Shown: positions 10,351 through 20,128 of the stretch, in pieces
How the letters are laid out: each line of letters starts with the position of its first letter
Numbering within the stretch: position 1 is the stretch's first letter
Assembly (NCBI GenBank): GCA_019057865.1
Contig: JAHLWP010000001.1
Span: 128,001-192,000 of the forward strand
DNA length: 64,000 nucleotides
Source of the DNA: Promethearchaeota archaeon
GTDB taxonomy: Archaea > Asgardarchaeota > Lokiarchaeia > Sigyniarchaeales > SOKP01
Direction: 5' to 3'
Made by a program: the position numbers and the translations under genes
Notes under the pieces: model-generated
What the model was told of the DNA's origin: nothing
What the model saw: only the letters and a program-made list of their open reading frames with translations
Database searches by the model: none

Positions 10351-11868
10351 TTATTTTTCACCCCAAAAATTAAATTTTCCTCTACTTAATATCATTTTTG
10401 GATCTAAAGTTTTTTTATTTGATTTCATTACATTATAATACTCTTCTGAATATGCTCCGATATCAACCATAACACGAGACATATAATCTCCCATCATGTA
10501 CCATTGTACACCATGCTCAGTAACTCTTTTCAACAGAGATTTCCATAGTTTTATATTTATTTCATCGATAATTTTATGGGCTTCTCCATTATAGAAACTC
10601 CAGAAACTAGTAAACCCACAAGTAATTTCTACATTAGTTCCATCTATTAATAGAATTGGACCACTTCCTGCAATACATCTTATTTTAGTAATTTCAAAGA
10701 TTTTTTGCATATCTTCTTGATGCTCAAAATCCCATTGATCAATATCATCTAAGATACTAGGATATTGTATTATAGGACTAAAACATTCGGCTGTGAGAGG
10801 TTGTATAGTAGGAAAGATTCCCCATAAATTATGATAGAATTGCCAATGTCCTTGTTCAGTATAATGCCATTTAGCGATATTCCCATCTGATATTTCAGGT
10901 CCTAGTTCTTCACTTTTATTTTCCACCATAATCTTATCTAATTGCCTTATCTTTTCGTCTAGCTCTTTTTCAGAATTTGCTTCTATGGTATAAAAGATCA
11001 TACCTCTCTTTTTTTTTAGATCATCCCATAATGGCAAAAATTTTTCTTGCGTCCCAAATCTCACAAGCAGATCCATAATATACATTAAATCATAAACATC
11101 AATTCCTTTTTGTCTAATCTCACTCATCATCTGAGCAGAAATTTCAAGTGAGTTTCGAGGCATTAAAAATGTTTTATAACCAGCATATTCAGGTTTAGGA
11201 AAAACTTGCAGTGAAACTTTTGTTTTTACTCCAAAAATTCCATTATCACCACAAAAAAGTGCAGCTAAATCAGGACCATTTCCAAATCTATTAAATGGGA
11301 ATTTTGAATGTATATTTGCTTGAGATCCTGTTTCAATGATTTCACCAGTTGGCAAAACAACTTCCAATGAAACTAGTTGATTAGTACAGGCACCATACTT
11401 AGCACATCCACCACCACCTACTGAATGATGAGAAGGTCCTCCTCCTATTGATGATGTCAATCCAGATCCTGGACCCATACACCCTGTGTAAAGCCCAAAA
11501 TGACATAAATATTCATTTAGTTTACTTCAAGAGATACCAGCTTCCACAGTAACTATTAAATTATCTATATCCAAATTCAATACTTTATCCATACTTTTTA
11601 GATCTAAGACAATTCCAGTATCTCCAATAGGTTTACTCCCTCCAAACTCACAGTCTCCACCACCTCGAGGGATAACTGGTACATTCTTTTCATTGGCAAT
11701 TTTGAGAATATATGAAATTTCTTCTGTAGTTTTAGGACGTATAACAATATCAGGAACACCTTGAAGATTGGAAGTAACATTCCGGGAATAAGCGTGTCGA
11801 ACATATAAGTCATTAGATATCCTATTTTTGGACACTATTCTTTCTAATTTCTGGTACAATCCTGACAT
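10351..11868 (-). pseudogene. FAD-binding oxidoreductase copy 2, with in-frame TGA (11527-11529) at a Trp position
   Basis: ORFs 11527-11868 and 10351-11478 share one frame: EAGIS*SKLNEYLCHFGLYTGCM versus EAGISWGKLNEYLCRFGLYTGCM in copy 1. Span is 1518 nt, the same as copy 1. Confidence 0.82.
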
Positions 11869-11887
11869 TTTAAATCTCTAAAATAAT

Positions 11888-13150
11888 TTATAGTTTAGAT
11901 GCAATTAGGTCAATTATATCAATAACTTTAATTTTTTCTTTGATTTCTGGCTCCATTTCTTCATAAGCATTGCTTAGATTTCCGATGCAAAAAGGACAGC
12001 TAGTAGTTAAGATTTGTGCGCCTGATTCAACAGCTTCTTTTATCCTTTCTTGTGAGATTTTAAGAGCTAATTCAGAGAATTGACTCTTCATACCTCCCCC
12101 CGCTCCACAACACCAAGCATTATTTTTATTTCTTTTCATTTCGACTAATTCAATTCCAGGTATTTTAGAAAGAACTTCTCGAGGGATTTCATAAAGATTC
12201 ATATGACGTCCTAAATGGCAGGGATCATGATAAGTGACTTTAACTCTTTCCATCTCTTCTTTAAAAGATATTTTATTGTTATTGATTAATTCCACCAATA
12301 TTTCTGTTATGTGTTTCACTTCAAATGGTAATTCATAGCCTAGTAATTCAGGATAATCTTTTTTCCAAGTTCTATAACATCCTGCGCAAGCTGTAAATAA
12401 GGTTTTAGCACTTTTATTTTTGAATTCATCAATATTGTGCTTAATCATTTCAGTTATAGATTTTTCATCACCAATCCTTATAGCAATAGAACCACAGCAC
12501 CACTCATCTTTAGACATTGCAATTTCTATTCCTGCTGCTTTCAATATTTTCATCATGCTTTTTAGCGTTTCTACTTGTCTTAAGGGCATGGTACACCCTC
12601 CAAAAAACATTAAGTCTCCCTTTTCCTTAATCTCAGGAAATTCCTTTATCCAATCAAATTTTTTATCTTTATCTTCTCCATAAGGATTCTTCATATTATC
12701 ATCGTTCATATACTCGATTAGATCACCATGTCCATCCAGAGGAGCAAAACCAGCCTCAACTAGATCCTTTCTTAATGCTTCCCATACTTTTACATGATCG
12801 ATCCAATTGCTTGTGGGAAGAACAATATATGGATTCTGAGACATATGGCAAACCTCAGTACAATTCCCACATTCGCTGCATTGGTAAACCCATTCAGCAA
12901 GTTCTCTACTCAAAGGAATTTGACCTTCTAAAATGCTCTTGAGAACATTCATTCTTCCCCTTGCAAAATATATTTCAAAACCTTCCTCTTCCTTAGCTTC
13001 CAATACAGGACATGTTAAATATCTACCAACAACAGGTCGAATGGCATACCCACAATCTCCGCAGCCCAAATATAGATTCCAGGAGCTCTAGAACCTTATA
13101 CACGACATGACCGCTTTCCATTCTTTCTTTAAATGTTTCAATTCACTCAT
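11888..13150 (-). CDS. HdrD/GlpC-type (Fe-S)-binding oxidoreductase subunit, intron-containing (exons 13150-13098 and 13067-11888; 410 aa spliced)
   Basis: Spliced N-terminus MSELKHLKKEWKAVMSCMGCGDCGY restores CxxCxxC. Also CSECGNCTEVC, EWCCGS, YHDPCHLGR, CCGAGGG and SCPFC (CCG domains). Confidence 0.88.
13068..13097 (-). other. 30-nt bulge-helix-bulge mRNA intron containing an in-frame UAG
   Basis: GUC-GUGU-[AU^A]-AGGUUCUAG(AGCUC)CUGGAAUCU-AUAU-[UU^G]-GGC. Removal gives UGU AUG GGC UGC (C-M-G-C). Confidence 0.85.
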
Positions 13151-13151
13151 T

Positions 13152-14669
13152 TTATTTTTCACCCCAAAAATTAAATTTACCTCTACTTAAAATCATATTT
13201 GGGTCAACAGTTTTTTTGATTGATTTCATTAAATTATAAAATTCTTCTGAATAAGCTCCAATATCTACCATGAAGCGAGACAAAAAATCACCCATCATAT
13301 ACCATTGTACTCCATGTTTTATTACCCTTTCTAAGAGAGATTTCCATAATTTTATATTTATTTCTTTGATGATTTCATGGATTTCTTCATTATAATATCT
13401 CCAAAAGCTGACAAAACCAGTTGTTATCTCAACATTATTACCGTCTACTAGAGGAACGGGACCACTACCTGATATAGGACGAGTTTTCGTAATATCAAAT
13501 ATTTTTCGCATATCTGCTTCATTTTCTATATCCCATTGATCAACATCTTGCAAAATTTTGGGGAATGCACTAATTGGGCAAAAACATTCAGCTGATAAAG
13601 CTTGCATTGAAGGAAACATTCCCCATAGATTATGATACAATTGCCAATGTCCTTTTTCAACATAATGTCATTTAGCAATATTTCCATCAGATATTTCTGG
13701 ACCTAAATTTTCAGATTTTTTATTCAAAATCATATCATCTAATTTCTTAACATTTTCATTTAATTCAACTTCAGAATTTGCTTCTATAGTATAGAAAAAC
13801 ATTCCTCGCCTACGTTTTAAATGTTCCCATAACGGAAAGAATCCTTGGTCTGATCCTATAGCAACCACAACATCTGGAATAAACATCGCATCATAAACAT
13901 CAATTCCCTTTTGTCTAATTTCATTCATAATCTGTGCTGCTGTTACAGCAGATTTACGAGGCATTAAAAAAGTTTTATATTCTGCAAATTCCGGTTTAGG
14001 AAATACTTGTAAAGAAATTTTTGTTTTTACACCAAAGATTCCATTATCCCCACAAAAAAGACCTGCTAAATCAGGCCCATTTCCAAATCTATTGAATGGT
14101 AATTTCGAATATTTATTGGCCTGAGAACCGGTTTCTATTATTTCTCCTGTTGGTAAAACTACTTCCAGAGAAATTAATTGGTTAGTGCAAGCACCATATT
14201 TAGCACATCCTCCTCCACCAACAGAATGATGAGAAATACCCCCACCTACTGATGCACTCATCCCAGAACCAGGTCCCATACACCCTGTATAGAGTCCAAA
14301 ACGGCACAAATATTCATTTAGTTTTCCCCAAGAAATTCCTGCTTCAACTGTTGTTATGAGATTATCTTCATCTAAATTAATAATGTTATTCATTCTTTTC
14401 ATATCTAAAACTATACCCCCATCTCCAATAGGTTTGCTTCCACCAAATTCGCAAATACCAGCTCCACGAGGGATAACAGCTATATTCTCTTCATTGGCAA
14501 TTTTAAGGATTTCTGAGATTTCTTTTGCATCTATTGGTCTTATAATAATATCAGGTACTCCTTGTAAAACAAGATCAACATTTCTGGAATAAGCATGGCG
14601 CACATAAATATCATTTGAGAGAAACTCTTTTGATACTACTTTTTCTAACTTTTTGTAGACTTCTGACAT
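13152..14669 (-). pseudogene. FAD-binding oxidoreductase copy 1, with in-frame TGA (13668-13670) at a Trp position
   Basis: DGNIAK*HYVEKGHWQLYHNLWG versus DGNIAKWHY in both paralogs; otherwise full length (PRGAG, GPDL..F.GDNGIFGV, DPNMILSRG). Confidence 0.8.
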
Positions 14670-14893
14670 TTTTGTATTTCCTCAATTATTTTTAATTAAA
14701 ACAATTTATGATAGAAACGATAGATTACTTAAATATAATCCAAATTAAAATAAGTTGATTTTTTATGTTTGTTCATTTTCTGCATTTGGTTTTCAAGTTT
14801 AAAAACAAATAAAACATTAAAAAACTAAAAAAATTAATACTAAGTTAGGAAGTTAAGTCAAATATAAAACTGTAAAAATTAATTTAATAATAA

Positions 14894-15199
14894 TTGAAAA
14901 ATGTTGGTGAGTTTGAAATTTACTATAGAGGTTATATATTAATTCGATTAAAAACTATTGGAACCGAATGGAAAGTTGTTGAAAAACTAATTGGTTTAGA
15001 ATCAAGTGAACCAAATGAAGAATGGAAAATAACGTATGCTACGCCTGTATATGGTGGATGGGATGTAATTGTAGAATGCTCATTCAGTAAGCTTAAGGAT
15101 TTAGACAAAATAGTAACCTTCTGCAGGGTAGATAAGGATTTATCGCAGTGGATTGAGGAAACAACTACGCTCATGGGGTCCCGAAATGATCATCCTTAA
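14894..15199 (+). CDS. Lrp/AsnC ligand-binding (RAM) domain protein
   Basis: GYILIRL...VYGGWDVIVE...IEETTTLM pattern; start codon uncertain. Confidence 0.75.
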   Translation: MKNVGEFEIYYRGYILIRLKTIGTEWKVVEKLIGLESSEPNEEWKITYATPVYGGWDVIVECSFSKLKDLDKIVTFCRVDKDLSQWIEETTTLMGSRNDHP

Positions 15200-15252
15200 G
15201 ATTTTTCATTTAAATAAATTGGTTATAAACAAATAGTTGGATAAGAAAAACA

Positions 15253-15846
15253 TTGGATAAAATAAGGAAATATACTCTTATAATAATTATTTTTATCATA
15301 CTAATTATTCCAACGTTTTTAGGATATTATTGGGAATATTTTTTCATAAGAGAATTTGATGTGTATGTTGTTTTAATTTTAATTTTTGGCTTTATCATTT
15401 TCTTCATTATGGGTAAATTGATAGAAATTTATGTTTATAATGATAATAGAATTGAAGTGTTAAAAAAAAATGATATTATAAATGCCTTCATCTCAAAAAA
15501 GAATCGAATTGTTATATGGATTTTTTTTCCGATAATCATGATAATTGAAGAACTTATTTTCAGGTTCTACACCCTTACCTTTCTTGTTAACCAAATAGAG
15601 TTAAAAGCTTTAGTAGCTGTATTTATCTCAAGTTTGGTTTTTTCACTATTTCACATACATACTTGGTTTTCATATAGAAGTTTGAGGATATTGCTAGTAA
15701 ATCTTATATTTCCTTTTTTATTGGGATTATACAATGGCTATATCTTTTTAACAATAGGCATTATCCCCTGTTTTATAATCCATTACATAATAGTTCTAAA
15801 TTTATATTACAATCTCTATAAGAGATATTTCAAAAACGACACATAA
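15253..15846 (+). CDS. CPBP/CAAX-family intramembrane metalloprotease
   Basis: EELIFR, FSLFH and IIHY motifs; multiple TM segments. Confidence 0.85.
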   Translation: MDKIRKYTLIIIIFIILIIPTFLGYYWEYFFIREFDVYVVLILIFGFIIFFIMGKLIEIYVYNDNRIEVLKKNDIINAFISKKNRIVIWIFFPIIMIIEELIFRFYTLTFLVNQIELKALVAVFISSLVFSLFHIHTWFSYRSLRILLVNLIFPFLLGLYNGYIFLTIGIIPCFIIHYIIVLNLYYNLYKRYFKNDT

Positions 15847-15867
15847 AAAATTAATTAAAAAAAGTTA

Positions 15868-17601
15868 TTACTTCTTCCTTAATACCTTCTTATCCACTTT
15901 CCCAACAGATGTTAATGGCATCTCTTCAAGAATTTCGATCATTCTAGGAACTTTGTATTTTGCTAAATTATCTTGGGCGAACTTTAAAATATCCTCTTTA
16001 ATTTCTTCTGAAGATTCATATCCCTTTTTTAATAAAACATATAGTTTTACTATTTCAGAACCAGGACGATCAGGATCAGAAATTCCGACACATGAACAAA
16101 GCTCAATTGCAGGGTGTTTATTCATTTTATCATCGACTTCCACACTGAAAACTTTAAAACCACTAACATTTATCATATCTTTTGTGCGGTCGACGATAGT
16201 AATATACCCTTCCTCATCCATAATACCAACATCACCGGAGTAAAACCAACCCTTTTTGAGAGCATATTCAGTTTCTTCTGGTTTATTCCAATAACCCTTA
16301 AAGATCTGGGGACCTTTTATTACAATCTCACCCGGTTCACCAATAGGAACCTCTGTTTCCCGATCAACTACATCTACAATTTTAACTTCAGTTGATGAAA
16401 CTGGAATTCCAACGGTTCCAATCTTTTTAGTGCCTAGATAAGGGTTCATTGTAACTATCGGTGATGCTTCAGTCATTCCATAAACTTCTAATACTTTATC
16501 CTTTCCCACAACTTCTTCAAACTCATTTATACTTTCTGAAGGAAAAGGAGCTGCTCCCGAAATAAATATATCAATAGAACTAAAATCTAATTTTTTAAAT
16601 TTTCGATTACTTAAAAGTAATAAATAGAGTGTTGGAACGTTTACCATTAATCTAATTTTTCCTTGATAGTCTTTTGCTTTATTAGTCAAATATGTAGTAT
16701 CTCTTGGATTGGGAATAAGAATTTGTCCTGCGGCACTATGTACTGATGAGAGATTAAATGCCATTCCAGCAAGATGGAAAAAGGGAAATCCAGAAATATA
16801 AACCTCTTTGCCTGGATTTGCGCCTGGTTCCAACCAATGATAAATTTGTTTAATATTATATATTAAATTCTCATGAGTTAATATAGCCCCCTTTGGAGGA
16901 CCTGTAGTACCACCTGTATATTGTAGAAAAGCAATATCTTTTTTTGGGTCTATATCCACTTTCGGGGCTTTATCACTGGAGTAATTTTCTAATATCTCGT
17001 TATAAGTAAAGTATTTAATACCTTCCACAGGTATGACTTCACCATATGGCAATTTACCTATTTTTATTAACTGTTCTTTCATCTGTGGATCTAAATCTAA
17101 AACGTCCGCCACATTAGTAGTTATAACAGTTTTAACATTGGTCTCTCCTGATTGTAATGCATTTTGAACCTTTTCCTCGTAAAATGAATCAAGTGTAAAC
17201 AAAACCACTGCTCCACTATCTTTTAATTGATAGATAATCTCTGGTGTTTGCATCAGAAAATTCATACCTGTTGAAGTACAACCGGTATAAAAAGTAGCCC
17301 AAACAGCTACAAAATACTGGGGAGTATTAGGTAACATAATAGCTACTCTATCACCTTTTTGCACTCCCATTTCTATAAAAAAATTAGCTAAGCTGATAAT
17401 ATCTCTTTCTACTTCTTGGTATGTAGCACAATTCCCTTGAAAATCATAACAAAGACTATCAGGGAATTCCTCTACAGTCGTTTTCATCATTTCAGCTAAT
17501 GATATAACTTTAACATCTATTTCAGGCTTCACATGGTTAACATATGATTTTAACCATATTTTTTCTGAATATGGACTTCCGTCGATTTGCTTTTTAGTCA
17601 T
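15868..17601 (-). CDS. Long-chain fatty-acid--CoA ligase (AMP-binding)
   Basis: YTGGTTGPPKG, YGMTE, SGDVG, DRTKDMI, GKVDKK. Confidence 0.93.
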   Translation of the reverse strand: MTKKQIDGSPYSEKIWLKSYVNHVKPEIDVKVISLAEMMKTTVEEFPDSLCYDFQGNCATYQEVERDIISLANFFIEMGVQKGDRVAIMLPNTPQYFVAVWATFYTGCTSTGMNFLMQTPEIIYQLKDSGAVVLFTLDSFYEEKVQNALQSGETNVKTVITTNVADVLDLDPQMKEQLIKIGKLPYGEVIPVEGIKYFTYNEILENYSSDKAPKVDIDPKKDIAFLQYTGGTTGPPKGAILTHENLIYNIKQIYHWLEPGANPGKEVYISGFPFFHLAGMAFNLSSVHSAAGQILIPNPRDTTYLTNKAKDYQGKIRLMVNVPTLYLLLLSNRKFKKLDFSSIDIFISGAAPFPSESINEFEEVVGKDKVLEVYGMTEASPIVTMNPYLGTKKIGTVGIPVSSTEVKIVDVVDRETEVPIGEPGEIVIKGPQIFKGYWNKPEETEYALKKGWFYSGDVGIMDEEGYITIVDRTKDMINVSGFKVFSVEVDDKMNKHPAIELCSCVGISDPDRPGSEIVKLYVLLKKGYESSEEIKEDILKFAQDNLAKYKVPRMIEILEEMPLTSVGKVDKKVLRKK

Positions 17602-17769
17602 ATTATTATCACTTCAGGCAAATTTTTTGTAAAATATGATAAAATTTAGTAAATATCATTTATGATAATTTGATATTTAATATTATCCTTTAAATATCAT
17701 CTATTTGAGAATTGAATCTAAATATACGATAGAGTTGTCAAATTCAACAATTTTTCAAAGAGGAATTTT

Positions 17770-18639
17770 ATGAAAGTTTATTTTAGAAAACTAATACATG
17801 ATGATATTCCTGCTATAAGAGAAATATGTAAAGACATATGGGAAGGATATGATTATGTGCCGCATGTTATAGAAGAATGGTTAAATGATAAAGTTTCTTT
17901 AAATTTTGGTGTTTTTAAAAATGAAACCAAAGAAATGGTAGGATTTAGCCGCATAAAATTATATAATAATGAATTAGCATGGTTGGAAGGAGGAAGGGTT
18001 AAGATACCATATCAAAAGCAAGGTATTGGTAAAGCAATTACGAATTATAGTATTGATTATGCATATAAAGCAAATATAAAAGTTGCACAATATGCTACGT
18101 CCTCAAAAAATTTAGGATCAATTTCAATTGCTAAGTATTTTGGATTTAAAAACAAGAAGAGTATGAATGTTCTTGATGCAGAAAGAAATGATATTAGATT
18201 AAGGGGAGATTCATATCTTAAAGTTGAAAAAATATCTGCTAAAGAAGCTAGGAAACAATATAATAACTTTAATATTGGGCTTGGAGATGAAGTATGTATG
18301 GGGTGGTCATTTGTCCCATTAAACTACATTTCTGATGAGGATGGTGAATGGTATGTATATAATTCAGCTGCTATTCTTCAAAAAGTAAAATTTAAAAGAA
18401 TCCAGATTAAGGAAGGCCCTGGAGAATATGAAATTTGGTTGATAGTCTATGGAAAACCAAAAATAGCAGTTAGGTTGATTCAATATATCCTTAACGAAGA
18501 GTTAAATTCAATAAAGAGTAAATATTTTGAAATTTTTTGTCACCCTCATATTGCTAAAAAAGTTGAAAAGATGGGATTTTCATATTATGAGGGTGAGCCA
18601 TTTGGAGTTGTATTATTTGAAAAAATCTTAAGTGAATAG
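17770..18639 (+). CDS. GNAT-family N-acetyltransferase
   Basis: WLEGGRV..YQKQGIG acetyl-CoA motif; N..S...AKYFGF. Confidence 0.85.
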   Translation: MKVYFRKLIHDDIPAIREICKDIWEGYDYVPHVIEEWLNDKVSLNFGVFKNETKEMVGFSRIKLYNNELAWLEGGRVKIPYQKQGIGKAITNYSIDYAYKANIKVAQYATSSKNLGSISIAKYFGFKNKKSMNVLDAERNDIRLRGDSYLKVEKISAKEARKQYNNFNIGLGDEVCMGWSFVPLNYISDEDGEWYVYNSAAILQKVKFKRIQIKEGPGEYEIWLIVYGKPKIAVRLIQYILNEELNSIKSKYFEIFCHPHIAKKVEKMGFSYYEGEPFGVVLFEKILSE

Positions 18640-18653
18640 AGAAAGTAGAGTGT

Positions 18654-19029
18654 CTATTTTCTGCATCTTATGATTAAAAACCATGCTATTACACGTGTAG
18701 CTGCTAAACGTGGATAATTTTTGATGGTTTCATCATTGGCAAATGGTTCACTAAAATATTCTAAGGTGAAACCTGAATTTATTAAGGTATTTAACCAATA
18801 ACTTAAGGTACGTCTAAACCTTGGAACACGAAATTTTTTCATATTTTTTGTTAATTCTTTGGGAGCTGCACTAAAAATCCATTCTTCAAATTCTCCATCA
18901 AAATTTTTGAAATAATCCCGACATATTAAACCCGTTCTTCTACCTTTATCATCATATATCCATTCGAGCTAGTTTAGTCCAGTTTTCAGCATTTTCATCC
19001 CAGAATTTCCCTACGTCTTTATCATCCAT
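18654..19029 (-). pseudogene. Class I SAM-methyltransferase remnant with a large internal deletion
   Basis: N-terminus MDDKDVGKFWDENAENWTKLARM is joined out of frame to EWIYDDKG...RDYF...RRTLSYWLNTLINSGFTLEYFSEP, a typical MTase C-terminus. The SAM-binding core is absent. Confidence 0.7.
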
Positions 19030-19051
19030 TGATATTCTCCATTTTCATATT

Positions 19052-19933
19052 TTATTTCATTATCTTTTGTTGATATTCTTTTAATAAGTCATTGGGATGG
19101 ATATATCCATTAATAGTTTTAGGTCCCTTAAAGTATTTCGCTTTTGGTAATAATTTGAAATAGAGGGCATTATTAGGACAATTTCTTAAACATCGAAAAC
19201 ACAAAATACATTTTTCATGATTAATTACAGGTTTATTATCAAATTTGATTGCGTCTGTGGGACAATTTTCACATGCTTTACAACTAATACACTCCTTATG
19301 ATTATATCCAATTAATTTGCTAGTATATTTATAGAATGGCTTTTTGAGAACACGAAAGTATGCTCTAATTATTGATCCAAATAATGTTGGATTAGACCAA
19401 TCCAAGACACCTTTTCCAGTTTTAATTACCTTCCCGAGATTTATACCAAATTGAAATACTTTTTCAATTTTTTTTCTTGACCATTTAACATGTGTAAAAA
19501 ATTTTGAGTCAAATACAGAATCTCTGGTTGGAGTAACAATTTCAATTGCCCCGATAAATTCAAAATTTTTCTTTTCAAGTATTTTTCTCACATGCTTAAT
19601 TGAGGAGCCTGGTAATCCAGCATTTGTATCAAATAAAAAAAATTTAACCTTTTTTTTTACTTTAGGTAGATTCTGAACCCATTCTAAAATATTTGGAGTA
19701 AAAGCTAGAGCATAAATGGGAGCACCGATACCAAAAACCTGTATTTCTTCAAAATTTAAATTTCTCTTTTTTATGGTGTTATATGGAATTAATTCCGTTT
19801 CAAGTTTAGCTAAAATCAATCCGTTTCTAATTAATTTTGCTATATATTTCGTATTTCCTGAGGATGAAAAGTAAATTATAGGGATTTTCAACTCAATCAA
19901 ATTCAATAAATTGATGTAAATATGTATTAGCAT
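19052..19933 (-). CDS. EFR1-type flavodoxin-ferredoxin fusion
   Basis: YFSSSGNT flavodoxin motif and two Cys clusters (CISCKACENCP, CILCFRCLRNCP). True start is probably near 19891. Confidence 0.88.
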   Translation of the reverse strand: MLIHIYINLLNLIELKIPIIYFSSSGNTKYIAKLIRNGLILAKLETELIPYNTIKKRNLNFEEIQVFGIGAPIYALAFTPNILEWVQNLPKVKKKVKFFLFDTNAGLPGSSIKHVRKILEKKNFEFIGAIEIVTPTRDSVFDSKFFTHVKWSRKKIEKVFQFGINLGKVIKTGKGVLDWSNPTLFGSIIRAYFRVLKKPFYKYTSKLIGYNHKECISCKACENCPTDAIKFDNKPVINHEKCILCFRCLRNCPNNALYFKLLPKAKYFKGPKTINGYIHPNDLLKEYQQKIMK

Positions 19934-20128
19934 ATAATATTAATTTCCTCTAAAATCTTAGCTTTTATCAGTTGTTTTAATTAATTAAGAAAAAGTTAGA
20001 TTTAGAAATTAAAAATTCAATAGCATCTTTTTTATTATGATATTTTAAAAAGCTCAAATAATAGTAGGCGGGACTTATATGGGGAAAGATTTTAAAAGGA
20101 TTAAATGGTTCAAGTATAATTAGAAATC

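Noticed and set aside
11527-13670. Genome-wide UGA=Trp reassignment or selenocysteine at the two in-frame TGAs
   Set aside because: TGA ends apparently complete genes here (36925-36927, 51025-51027, 51818-51820) and Trp is otherwise TGG. The aligned residue is Trp, not Cys, so selenocysteine is unlikely.
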